A DNA stretch of 64,000 bases from Candidatus Doudnabacteria bacterium (GCA_963768175.1 CAVYGQ010000001.1:840717-904716), one strand, 5' to 3'; positions 51,950 through 61,164 are shown, counted from the stretch's first letter. Numbers and translations are program-made. Notes: generated by a model not told the origin, from the letters alone.

Positions 51950-52783
51950 ATGGCTATTTCTAACGGGGTGAATAAGCAGGTTGTTATAAACAATCTTTTG
52001 ATTAGTTACAGCGAGGTACAAAGCGGCGGCGCTCAAACGCTGTTGTTTTTGCATGGCTGGCGGAGCCAAAAGGAAGTTTGGCTGCCGGTAATCCAAAAGT
52101 TGTCGGTCATAAACAGTCAGTTATCAATTTACGCAATAGATTTGCCTGGATTTGGCGGGTCGCAAGCTCCAACCACCCCGCCCCGTCAGACGGGCCACCC
52201 CTCCTTAAATAAGGAGGGGAATACTGCAGGATGGACGGTGGGGGATTATGTGAATATTGTTGCGGAATTTATTGGGAAATTAGAATTAAAAAATGTCATC
52301 GTTGTTGGCCATTCTTTTGGCGGCAGGGTGGCTATAAAATTAGCTTCGGTAAATCCGAAATTGGTAAATAAAGTGGTGTTGGTGGATAGCGCTGGATTTG
52401 CTATGGAAGCATCAAAGAAAAAATTGGCGGCCTTAGCCGCAAAAATTGTTAAACCGGTTTTTAAGCCCAAAGTCATGCAGGGACTACGCAAAAAAATTTA
52501 TCAGACAATCGGCGCGGAAGATTACGTAGCCATCCCGGAACTGCAAAAAACTTTTGTGAACGTTACGAACGAGGATTTGTCGGATGACATGAAAAAAATA
52601 CAGGCACCTACTCTTATAATTTTCGGGGAAAACGATAAAGAAACGCCGGCAACTTACGGCGAGTTAATGAAGTTTTTAATCCCAAAATCCAAATGCTTAA
52701 TTTTGAAAGGCACTGGGCACTTTAGTTTTTTGGAAAGGCCGGAGGAATTTGTAAAAATATTAAGTGATTTTATTCTATCTTAA
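51950..52783 (+). CDS. Alpha/beta hydrolase fold protein
   Basis: ATG 51950. LLFLHGW and the nucleophile elbow VVGHSFGG. In-frame hairpin insert encoding PPRQTGHPSLNKEGNT (CCCCTCCTT aaat AAGGAGGGG near 52198-52219). Confidence 0.75.
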   Translation: MAISNGVNKQVVINNLLISYSEVQSGGAQTLLFLHGWRSQKEVWLPVIQKLSVINSQLSIYAIDLPGFGGSQAPTTPPRQTGHPSLNKEGNTAGWTVGDYVNIVAEFIGKLELKNVIVVGHSFGGRVAIKLASVNPKLVNKVVLVDSAGFAMEASKKKLAALAAKIVKPVFKPKVMQGLRKKIYQTIGAEDYVAIPELQKTFVNVTNEDLSDDMKKIQAPTLIIFGENDKETPATYGELMKFLIPKSKCLILKGTGHFSFLERPEEFVKILSDFILS

Positions 52784-52819
52784 CTATCTCTAATTCGCGC
52801 GAATAGGAGAACACTTAAA

Positions 52820-54403
52820 ATGGACTTGTTTGTTCCAAAATTTATCCAATACCAATTATACCTGCTCCAGCTGGAAAATTATGAGCTGGGAAGGTATTGG
52901 AAATTGCTTATAAAAAAGGGAGTTTTCCCTAAAAAAAGCCAACCTTTGCGCAAAGAGCTGGTCTGGACCGCTAAAGCTCGGGCGTTAATGCTTATGGCTG
53001 TGGCCCTGCATGGTTTGGTGGTCGTTTTGGTTGGGCTTATGGTTTTAACTTTAAAGCCGGGCATAGATAACTTTTTTACCACAATAATTTTGGCGGTATT
53101 AATTTTGTTGCCGTTTTATTTTGTTTTTTTCAGTCTGGCTTTGTTAATCCTTAAGCCTTTGGACACTCTGGTAAAACAAAGCCTTGTGGCTAAAGCCAAA
53201 ACCAAGCTGGCTGGATTGCCTGATGTCAAGATAATCGGCGTTGCCGGCAGTTACGGCAAAACTACAATGAAGGAAGTGTTGAGGGCAGTGCTAAGTGCTA
53301 AGTTCAAAGTGCTAAGTACGCCGGAGAGCATAAACACGCCGGTGGGGATTGCCAGATGGATTATAAATAAAATAACGGACGAAACCCAAATTCTGATTGT
53401 AGAAATGGGGGAGCATTATGAGAAAGACGTTAAAGAAATTTGCGATATAGCAAAACCCGACATCGCGGTGGTTACCGGCATTAACGAATCCCACTTGGAG
53501 CGGATGAAAAAAATGGATACGGTTATTGCCACAATTTTTGAAATCGTGAGTAACGCCCAGCCCGGCGCGGCTATTGTGCTAAACGGCGATGATCGCAGGG
53601 TTATGGAGAATTATAAAAAATTTGTCTGGCCAGACCATCGGCTGGAATTTTTTACAAAAAATCCCGGCAGTGAAAAGTGTAAAGTGAAAAGTGCAAAGTT
53701 TAACACAGACAAGCTGTGTTGGAATTTAGAGATTGATGATCTTGGCTCGGTAGAACTGGATTTACTTGGGGAATACGCGTTGGGCGACGTTGACGCGGCC
53801 GTGAAAATTGCCAAAAGTTTGGGTATGAGCAATGAGCAAATTATCGCGGGGATCAAAAATATCAAGCCCGTGGAGCACAGGCTCCAGCCGATAAAGTCTG
53901 CCACGAATGTTTTGGTAATAGACGACAGTTACAACGGCAATTCCGACGGAGTAGTGGAAGCCATAAAAGTTTTGTCGCGCTTTTCCGCCAAAGGCGGATC
54001 CGCCTCCGGCGGAGAAGGCCGCCGGAAGATTTATATCACTCCCGGGCTGGTGGAAATAGGCAAAAGTTCCGCCGATATTCATCGCAGTATTGGCAAACAG
54101 CTGGCGGACGTTGCGGATGTGGTTATTTTGATAAAAAATAGCGCGACGGGGTTTATTGAAGAGGGAATCCTCTTAGGGCGTCATTCTGACCCTGAGCGGA
54201 GCGAAGGGGAAGAATCTCAAACTAAGGATAAAGAGATCCTTCGTCCCTCGGATGCACTCGGGGCTCAGGATGACGCCGCTGGTAAGAGACCAAGAATTAT
54301 CTGGTTTAATTCCGCCTTGGAAGCGTACGCGGGGCTAAAAGACATTTTAAAACCCGGGGATGTAATTTTGTTTCAGAACGATTGGGGAGACCAGTATTTG
54401 TAA
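52820..54403 (+). CDS. murF: Mur ligase, MurF-like (UDP-MurNAc-tripeptide--D-Ala-D-Ala ligase) with N-terminal membrane segment and in-frame repeat inserts
   Basis: 527 aa. GVAGSYGKTTMKE P-loop and VIDDSYNGN. The first 115 aa or so contain 3 hydrophobic helices. Inserts at 53985-54012 (AKGGSASGG) and 54178-54277 (RPE-like). Confidence 0.8.
   Translation: MDLFVPKFIQYQLYLLQLENYELGRYWKLLIKKGVFPKKSQPLRKELVWTAKARALMLMAVALHGLVVVLVGLMVLTLKPGIDNFFTTIILAVLILLPFYFVFFSLALLILKPLDTLVKQSLVAKAKTKLAGLPDVKIIGVAGSYGKTTMKEVLRAVLSAKFKVLSTPESINTPVGIARWIINKITDETQILIVEMGEHYEKDVKEICDIAKPDIAVVTGINESHLERMKKMDTVIATIFEIVSNAQPGAAIVLNGDDRRVMENYKKFVWPDHRLEFFTKNPGSEKCKVKSAKFNTDKLCWNLEIDDLGSVELDLLGEYALGDVDAAVKIAKSLGMSNEQIIAGIKNIKPVEHRLQPIKSATNVLVIDDSYNGNSDGVVEAIKVLSRFSAKGGSASGGEGRRKIYITPGLVEIGKSSADIHRSIGKQLADVADVVILIKNSATGFIEEGILLGRHSDPERSEGEESQTKDKEILRPSDALGAQDDAAGKRPRIIWFNSALEAYAGLKDILKPGDVILFQNDWGDQYL
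54178..54277. repeat. Palindromic MITE/RPE-like element, in-frame inside murF (copy 3)
   Basis: GGCGTCATTCTGACCCTGAGCGGAGCGAAGGGGAAGAATCTCAAAC...AGAGATCCTTCGTCCCTCGGATGCACTCGGGGCTCAGGATGACGCC. Translated as GRHSDPERSEGEESQTKDKEILRPSDALGAQDDAA. Confidence 0.8.
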
Positions 54404-54442
54404 TGACAAAAATTAAAAAAATGACATAATTGACAAAAATTC

Positions 54443-55588
54443 ATGGGGACAATCGGAAAAATTTTTAATAAGATAGTATCACCAAAAATTAACTATCAAC
54501 CGCTTATAGAAGTGAGGATTTTTAAAGATGCCTTGCTGCATAATTTACACGTTTTCCAAGAAAAATATCCGAGCCTTGAGTTTGCCCCAGTGATAAAAAG
54601 CAACGCTTACGGACACGGTATGGTACAGGTGGCAAAAATTTTTGACAGCAAACCCAAAGCTTTTTTTATGGTGGACTCATTTTATGAGGCTTTGGTGTTA
54701 AGGCGCGCCGGAATTAAATCTAAAATTTTAATGCTGGGTTTTAACCGGATTGAGCAATTGATTAACCCCAAATTAAAAAATTGTTCCTCGGCGATTATTG
54801 ATTTCTCCACTTTGCAGGAAGTGGTGGCAAAATTAAAAAAGCCGGCGATCTTTCATCTCAAGATTGATACGGGTATGCACCGGCAGGGACTGTGGGGGGA
54901 AGAAGTAAATAAGGCAATTGCGTTAATCAAGTCTAACCCAAACTTTAATTTGGAGGGCTTATGCAGCCATTTGGCGGATGCCGACGGGGCTGGGCAGGAT
55001 TTTACCAAACAGCAGATTAGACTGTGGAATCAAGTCGTGGAAAAATTCAAACAAAACTTTCCCTCCATTAAATATTTCCATTTAGCCAATACCGCCGGGA
55101 CTTTTTATACCAACGAAATTACGGCCAACGTGGCGCGCATCGGCATCGGGCTGTATGGGTTAAATAATTCACAGTTTGAAAAGTTGGACTTAAAACCGGC
55201 TTTGGAAATGGCCTCTATTGTCACTTCCGTAAAAACTATTCCGGCTGGGGAGAAAATCGGTTACAATATAACTTATGAGGCGCCGAAAGAAACAAAAATC
55301 GCCACCGTACCGGCGGGATTCAACGAAGGCGTGGACCGCAGGCTTTCAAATAAAGGATTTTACCAAATTAAGGGGCAAAACTGTCCTTTGCGGGGCAAGG
55401 TGAGCATGAACATAAGCAGCGTGGAAGTAACCAGTGTCCCTGGAGTTAAAGTGGGGGATGAGGTGGTAATTATAAGCCGAAATCCGAGCGATAAAAATTC
55501 GGTGGAAAATATTGCCAAAATGTGCGACACGGTACATTACGAAATTCTGGTTCATATACCTTCTATATTAAGAAGAATAATAGTGTAG
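54443..55588 (+). CDS. alr: Alanine racemase
   Basis: 381 aa. PVIKSNAYGHG carries the PLP lysine, with the typical C-terminal beta domain. Confidence 0.9.
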   Translation: MGTIGKIFNKIVSPKINYQPLIEVRIFKDALLHNLHVFQEKYPSLEFAPVIKSNAYGHGMVQVAKIFDSKPKAFFMVDSFYEALVLRRAGIKSKILMLGFNRIEQLINPKLKNCSSAIIDFSTLQEVVAKLKKPAIFHLKIDTGMHRQGLWGEEVNKAIALIKSNPNFNLEGLCSHLADADGAGQDFTKQQIRLWNQVVEKFKQNFPSIKYFHLANTAGTFYTNEITANVARIGIGLYGLNNSQFEKLDLKPALEMASIVTSVKTIPAGEKIGYNITYEAPKETKIATVPAGFNEGVDRRLSNKGFYQIKGQNCPLRGKVSMNISSVEVTSVPGVKVGDEVVIISRNPSDKNSVENIAKMCDTVHYEILVHIPSILRRIIV

Positions 55589-55653
55589 CGCGCCGATTTA
55601 TCGGCATCCTAAGATAGCCCATAAATGGGCACGCTACAGATGGAAAAAATTTT

Positions 55654-56853
55654 ATGAAAAAAAACATTGGCGTATTTTTTGGCTCGGGCTCTACAGAACA
55701 CGATATTTCGATAATTACGGCCCAGCTGATTATTGCCGGGCTAAAAGGTTTGGAATACCCGGTAACCCCCGTCTATATTACCAAGCAGGGCAAATGGATG
55801 CTCGGGGAAGAGCTGGGGAACTTGAAATTTTTTATTGACCCGAGTAAAAAAGTTGAAGACGAAAAAAAATATTACGAATATTATTTGGATATGCAAGAGT
55901 TGGTGGGGAAGATGGTGTTTAAGCGTAAGGGATTTTTGGGCAAATCTATTGTCATCGATGTGGCTTTTCCGGCCTTACACGGCGCTTTCGGCGAAGACGG
56001 AACCATTCAGGGGGTGTTCGAGATGCTCGGTGTGCCTTACGTGGGCTGCGGCGTGCCGGCCTCGGCCATTGCCATGGACAAGGCTCTGACCAAGATAATT
56101 ATGAAGGACGCGGGCGTGCCGACCACTAAATTTGCTTTTTTCTATAAACAGGATTGGGAAAATAGCAAGCCGCAAATTATAAATCAAATTAATCAGCTCA
56201 AGTGGCCGGTGTTTGTAAAACCGGTACATTTGGGCTCTTCCATCGGCATCGGCAAAGTAAAGGCGGGGGATATTAAAGATTTGGAAAATAAGATTGAAGT
56301 TGCGCTACATTATGACGAAAAAGTTTTGGTGGAAGAAAGCGTGGAAAATTTAATGGATGTGACATGCTGTATAATCGGCAACAACCAGCTGCGCGCCTCG
56401 TTGCTTCAGGAGTCGGTGTTTAGCAGCGAACTGTTTGATTTTGAAAACAAGTATATTTCCGGCGGCGGCAGCCAGACCGGCAAAGCCGTCAATAATTTGA
56501 TTATTCCCGCCAGACTGGACGAGGCCACCACCAAAGCAATTCAGGATTGCGCCATAAAAGTTTATAAAGCTTTGGGCTGTTTTGGCATCGCCAGGGTGGA
56601 TTTTTTATACAACAAGCAAACCAAAGAATTTTTTGCCAATGAAGTTAATCCTTTACCGGGTACGCTTTATCACCATTTGTGGAAAGCCAGCGGTTTGGAA
56701 TTAGGCCAACTTTTGCAGCAGCTGATAAAATTTGCGGAAGAAAAATACGAACAAAAACGCGAAATTACTTTTACCTTTGAATCTAGCGTGTTAAAACAGT
56801 TAAGTAGCGTTAAGTTAAAATCAAAAAAGTTAGATAGTGGTGTTTCATCATAA
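55654..56853 (+). CDS. ddl: D-alanine--D-alanine ligase
   Basis: 399 aa. FPALHGAFGEDGTIQGVFEMLGVPYVGCG, with the ATP-grasp core ..ARVDFLY..EVNPLPG. Confidence 0.9.
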   Translation: MKKNIGVFFGSGSTEHDISIITAQLIIAGLKGLEYPVTPVYITKQGKWMLGEELGNLKFFIDPSKKVEDEKKYYEYYLDMQELVGKMVFKRKGFLGKSIVIDVAFPALHGAFGEDGTIQGVFEMLGVPYVGCGVPASAIAMDKALTKIIMKDAGVPTTKFAFFYKQDWENSKPQIINQINQLKWPVFVKPVHLGSSIGIGKVKAGDIKDLENKIEVALHYDEKVLVEESVENLMDVTCCIIGNNQLRASLLQESVFSSELFDFENKYISGGGSQTGKAVNNLIIPARLDEATTKAIQDCAIKVYKALGCFGIARVDFLYNKQTKEFFANEVNPLPGTLYHHLWKASGLELGQLLQQLIKFAEEKYEQKREITFTFESSVLKQLSSVKLKSKKLDSGVSS

Positions 56854-57010
56854 TAATGACGATTTTATGAGGAAATATGATTTGCCCCGCCAGACAAGGG
56901 TATTTTGTCTTGTTTCATTTAAGCTAGTTGGCAATAAACTTAGTAATAAGCCGGTAATTTTGTCTGACGGGGTGAAACCCTCCCACTACGTGGTGGGTTT
57001 GATATAAAAC

Positions 57011-57739
57011 ATGACTTTTAGATACGAAAACCAAAAGTACAAACAAGGCTATAGCCATGTTATCGGCTGTGATGAAGTGGGTAAGGGCAGTTTGGCCGGG
57101 CCGGTGGTCGCGGTGGCAATAATATTGGATTTAAGATGTAAGATTAAAGATTTAAGCGAAGTCAGGGATAGTAAAATGTTGTCTCAAGAACAGAGGGAAA
57201 AACTTCAACCATTGATAAAGCAACATTGCCTGGCTTGGGGGATAGGCGTAGTCGATGAAAAAACTATAGACAAAATAAATATTCACCGCGCAACCTTGGC
57301 CGCGATGAAACTGGCTGTGGGAAATTTGTTGGCCTCTTTCTCCGGCGTCATTCTGAGGCCAAAGTGCTACTCCGAGGCTGAAGAATCTCAAACCGGGAAG
57401 AGATCCTTCGCCCGCACTGATAACTCCAGGGAACGGGCCCAGGATGACGCCGCTAAAGGAGTTTTGGTAGCCATAGACGGCAAGTTTATTATCCCCGATT
57501 TGAATTTGGAACAGGAAGCCGTAGTAGGAGGCGACAATAAAATTCTTTCCGTTGCTGCTGCCTCCATTGTTGCCAAAGTTTACCGCGATGATTTGATGCG
57601 CAAGCTTCATCGTCAATATCCGGTTTACAATTTTGCCCGGCACAAAGGCTACGGCACTTTGTTTCATCGAACAATGATTAAACAAAATGGTCTGTCGCCA
57701 ATACATCGCAGAAGTTTTTGCAAAAACCTATCAATTTAA
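57011..57739 (+). CDS. rnhB: Ribonuclease HII with in-frame repeat insert
   Basis: VIGCDEVGKGSLAGPVV, LAAMKLAV, IDGK, GGDNKILSVAAASIVAKVYRD and HKGYG motifs. A 36-codon insert lies at 57344-57451. Confidence 0.85.
   Translation: MTFRYENQKYKQGYSHVIGCDEVGKGSLAGPVVAVAIILDLRCKIKDLSEVRDSKMLSQEQREKLQPLIKQHCLAWGIGVVDEKTIDKINIHRATLAAMKLAVGNLLASFSGVILRPKCYSEAEESQTGKRSFARTDNSRERAQDDAAKGVLVAIDGKFIIPDLNLEQEAVVGGDNKILSVAAASIVAKVYRDDLMRKLHRQYPVYNFARHKGYGTLFHRTMIKQNGLSPIHRRSFCKNLSI
57344..57451. repeat. Palindromic MITE/RPE-like element, in-frame inside rnhB (copy 4)
   Basis: GGCGTCATTCTGAGGCC...GCTGAAGAATCTCAAACC..AGAGATCCTTCGCCC...CCCAGGATGACGCC. Translated as GVILRPKCYSEAEESQTGKRSFARTDNSRERAQDDAA. Confidence 0.8.
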
Positions 57740-57844
57740 TCCACAAGGGGCATCCTTGTGCTGCACAAGGATGCCCCTTGTATTGATTGGAAGCCGCTGA
57801 CAAACAGCGGTTTTTGTTTTATAATAAGCTAAGTAGCCACTTAT

Positions 57845-57936
<92 letters not shown>

Positions 57937-57963
57937 AATTAGAAAAATTAGATTAAAATTTTT

Positions 57964-59286
57964 ATGAAAAAATATTACGGTGAGCAAACGCAAAAAGCCA
58001 TCAGAAATTTTCCTTTCCACGTTTACCGCGTGCACAGCGAATTTATTATGGCTCTGGCCATGATAAAGCGCTCTGCCGCTATTGCCAATTGCGAAGCGGG
58101 TAATTTTAGCCAGAGCATTAAAGGCGCGATTGTAAAAGCTTGTGATGAAATTTTAGCCGGCAAAATGCTCGACCAGTTCCCGTTAAGGGCCCTGCAGGGC
58201 GGAGCAGGCACTTCCATTAATATGAACGTGAATGAGGTAGTAGCTGCCCGGGCCACGGAAATATTGGAAAAGCAGGGCAAGAAAATCGTGGTTCATCCGA
58301 ACGATCATGTAAATTGCAGTATGTCTACAAATGACGCTAACCCCTCGGCCATTAAAATCGCCTCCATTTTTTTAGCCCGTGACTTGCAAAAGACCACGGC
58401 AATTTTGGCTAACGCCTTGGAAGCCAAAGCCAGGGCGTATAAAAACATTATTAAGCTTGGGCGCACTCATTTGCAGGACGCAGTGCCAACAACTCTGGGC
58501 GCGGTCTTTGCTTCTTATGCTGGCATTGTCCGTTGGCATCAGGAAAAAATAAACCGGGTTATCTCCTATATGCAGGAGCTAAATTTAGGAGGCACGGTTT
58601 TGGGTAATAGCATTAATGCCAGTCCAAAATATATTAAAGTAGTATATCGTGAGCTAAATAAACTTACTAAACAGAATTTTCACCCGGCAAAAAATTTAAT
58701 GTCCCAGACTTCCAGCCAGACCGACTTTTTGGCCATTTCTCAGGCAGTTACGGCCCTGTGCGTGGATTTATCCAAAATAGCCAATGATTTAAGGCTACTC
58801 TCCAGTGGGCCGCGCGGCGGCATCGGCGAAATTACCTTGTTGGAACTGCAAAAAGGCTCTTCTATTATGCCCGGAAAAGTGAACCCGGTATTGCCGGAAA
58901 CCGTAAACCAACTTTATTTTTTAATTTCTGGTAACAATTTAACCATTGAACATGCCGCCGCCGCCGCGCAATTTGAACTGGGCGTGATGTTTCCGATTAT
59001 CGCCGACCGCTTGCTTCAAAGCTTAAAATTGACTTCAGAAGTGATTGAACAGTTTGTGAAGGTATGCATTAATAAGATTAAAGCCAATCCTAAGCGTTGC
59101 AAGGAGCTTTTAGAAAAATCCACGGCTTACGCCACGCTATTTAGCCCCAAACTTGGTTACGACGCCACGGCAGAGCTTGTCAAAGAATCGGTTAAAAGCG
59201 GCAAAACTATCCGCGAACTGGTTTTGGGGAAAAAGCTAATGGCTAACAAAGAGTTTGAGGCGGTGGTGAAATCTTTTAGACCGTAA
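57964..59286 (+). CDS. aspA: Aspartate ammonia-lyase / class II fumarase family lyase
   Basis: 440 aa. GSSIMPGKVNP signature. The N-terminus YYGEQTQKAIRNFPF is aspartase-like. The aspartase versus fumarase assignment is uncertain. Confidence 0.7.
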   Translation: MKKYYGEQTQKAIRNFPFHVYRVHSEFIMALAMIKRSAAIANCEAGNFSQSIKGAIVKACDEILAGKMLDQFPLRALQGGAGTSINMNVNEVVAARATEILEKQGKKIVVHPNDHVNCSMSTNDANPSAIKIASIFLARDLQKTTAILANALEAKARAYKNIIKLGRTHLQDAVPTTLGAVFASYAGIVRWHQEKINRVISYMQELNLGGTVLGNSINASPKYIKVVYRELNKLTKQNFHPAKNLMSQTSSQTDFLAISQAVTALCVDLSKIANDLRLLSSGPRGGIGEITLLELQKGSSIMPGKVNPVLPETVNQLYFLISGNNLTIEHAAAAAQFELGVMFPIIADRLLQSLKLTSEVIEQFVKVCINKIKANPKRCKELLEKSTAYATLFSPKLGYDATAELVKESVKSGKTIRELVLGKKLMANKEFEAVVKSFRP

Positions 59287-59399
59287 TTTCAGGCCCCTCC
59301 CCTTAGAATAAGGGGAGGCAGGGAGGGGATATTATTCGAGGATAAATATCATCCTCTAACCCCCTCTTATGAATAAGAGGGGGTAACTCGTATCTATTT

Positions 59400-60044
59400 A
59401 TGTACATAGACCTCTCCCACATTTTTAATAACAACATGCCAGTTTACCCCGGCGATCCAGAGCCGGAGCTGGTTAAAATTGCCTCTGTGGGAAAAGACGG
59501 TTTTGCAAACCACCAGCTTAAAACCACCATGCATGTGGGCACGCATATGGATGCGCCGGCGCATATGATTCAAGATGGAAAATATTTGTCCGATTATCCG
59601 GCGGGGAAATTTTTTGGTCGTGGTGTTATAATCGACGCCCGTGGAAAGCCGTTGGCCGATGCCAATTTGTTGGCAAGTCACGAAATCCAGGCCGGCGATA
59701 TAGTAATAGTTAATTTTGGATGGGCACAAAATTTTGGCAGGGATGAATATTATAAAAAATATCCCGAACTGACCGAAGCTTTTGCAAAAAAATTAATTGA
59801 TCTTGGCGTTTCCATCGTGGGCACGGATACCCCAAGTCCGGATCGCCCGCCTTACAATGCCCATAAAATTTTACTTTCACATGATATCTTAATTATCGAA
59901 AACCTTACAAACCTGGAAGCCCTTATCGGCAAAACAAACTTTGAAATTATTGCTCTCCCAGCTAAATTTGCAGCCGAGGCCGCGCCTTGCAGAGTTGTGG
60001 TAAAGCTACTTGCTAAAACCGCGGCCGCGGTTTTAGCAAGTTAA
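59400..60044 (+). CDS. Cyclase family protein (kynurenine formamidase-like)
   Basis: 214 aa. MPVYPGDPEP and HVGTHMDAPAH motifs. The last 11 aa (LLAKTAAAVLAS) are encoded by a perfect hairpin repeat. Confidence 0.75.
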   Translation: MYIDLSHIFNNNMPVYPGDPEPELVKIASVGKDGFANHQLKTTMHVGTHMDAPAHMIQDGKYLSDYPAGKFFGRGVIIDARGKPLADANLLASHEIQAGDIVIVNFGWAQNFGRDEYYKKYPELTEAFAKKLIDLGVSIVGTDTPSPDRPPYNAHKILLSHDILIIENLTNLEALIGKTNFEIIALPAKFAAEAAPCRVVVKLLAKTAAAVLAS

Positions 60045-60072
60045 TCTAATCTTTGCAACTTTTTAATTCCAA

Positions 60073-61164
60073 ATGAATAAGAAGATCCTCATTTTTTATA
60101 CTTCTGTAGGTCTGGGGCATAAAAGCATTGCCGAGAATATCGGTTTTTATTTGGAACAGGCCGGTTACGAGGTTAAACTCACCGATATTGGCAAAGTGCA
60201 AAAGGGGAAGTTTGAACATATTGTGGTCGGTGTCCACCAATTTATCAACCGCAATCTCCCATTTGTCTGGGGCTGGCTATATCGGTGGGGGTATTATCCG
60301 ACTTTGCCATTTCGAACCTTTATTGCCGGGTTTAATTATAAATCGGCCAAAAATTATATAGATGAGTTTAAGCCCGATCTGATTATTAGCACTCAAACCA
60401 CCGCCTCGGCCGTGGTTGCTTACTTAAAAAAGCAAAAATTATACAATGGCAAGTTTGGCATAGCGTTTTCGGATTTCCATTTGCACAAGTATTGGCTATA
60501 CCATCAAGCCGATTTTTATTTGGCCAACACCGAGGAGCAAAAAAAGCAAATGGTAGAGCTTGGCACATCAGAAAATATAATTTATGTCTGCGGCATTACC
60601 CTAAAACCGCAAATAAAGATTGCTCTATTATCAGTAAAACAAAAACTTGGCATCCAGCCTACAGAAAAGGTGGTTTTGGTCGGCACCGGATCTTTGGGCT
60701 TGGGTTTTAAGGAAAAAGATTTGGAAGAACTGTCAAAATTGCAGAGCACAAAAATAATTTTTGTCTGTGGGAAGAACGCGGAGCTTTATCAAAAAATTAA
60801 AAAATTAAATTATCCAAATATTTTACCCTTAGGTTTTTATCAGCCCATGGACGAGCTTTACGCCATTGCCGATATTTTTGTGGGCAAGCCCGGGGGCTTG
60901 AGCACGGCGGAATCTTTAAGGTGGGATTTGCCTTTGGCGGTTTGTTACACTTTGCCCGGACAGGAAGAAGAAAACCTTAAATATTTAAATAAACGCAAGT
61001 TGGTTATTGCAAAACCAAAGCATCTTATTTCGGCGGTCAGCGGGGAACTTGAGACCGGAGAGTTTAGAGAATCGTTAAAACACAATCCCGAGAAACTTAA
61101 AATGTTTCAGGAAGGCGAGGCGCCGGTTTTGGCTGTAAAAACAGTTTTAGAGGGTTCTATTTGA
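60073..61164 (+). CDS. MGDG synthase-like glycosyltransferase (GT28 family, UgtP-like)
   Basis: 363 aa. KILIFYTSVGLGHKSIAENI N-terminus and FVGKPGGLSTAESL C-terminal motif. Confidence 0.7.
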   Translation: MNKKILIFYTSVGLGHKSIAENIGFYLEQAGYEVKLTDIGKVQKGKFEHIVVGVHQFINRNLPFVWGWLYRWGYYPTLPFRTFIAGFNYKSAKNYIDEFKPDLIISTQTTASAVVAYLKKQKLYNGKFGIAFSDFHLHKYWLYHQADFYLANTEEQKKQMVELGTSENIIYVCGITLKPQIKIALLSVKQKLGIQPTEKVVLVGTGSLGLGFKEKDLEELSKLQSTKIIFVCGKNAELYQKIKKLNYPNILPLGFYQPMDELYAIADIFVGKPGGLSTAESLRWDLPLAVCYTLPGQEEENLKYLNKRKLVIAKPKHLISAVSGELETGEFRESLKHNPEKLKMFQEGEAPVLAVKTVLEGSI

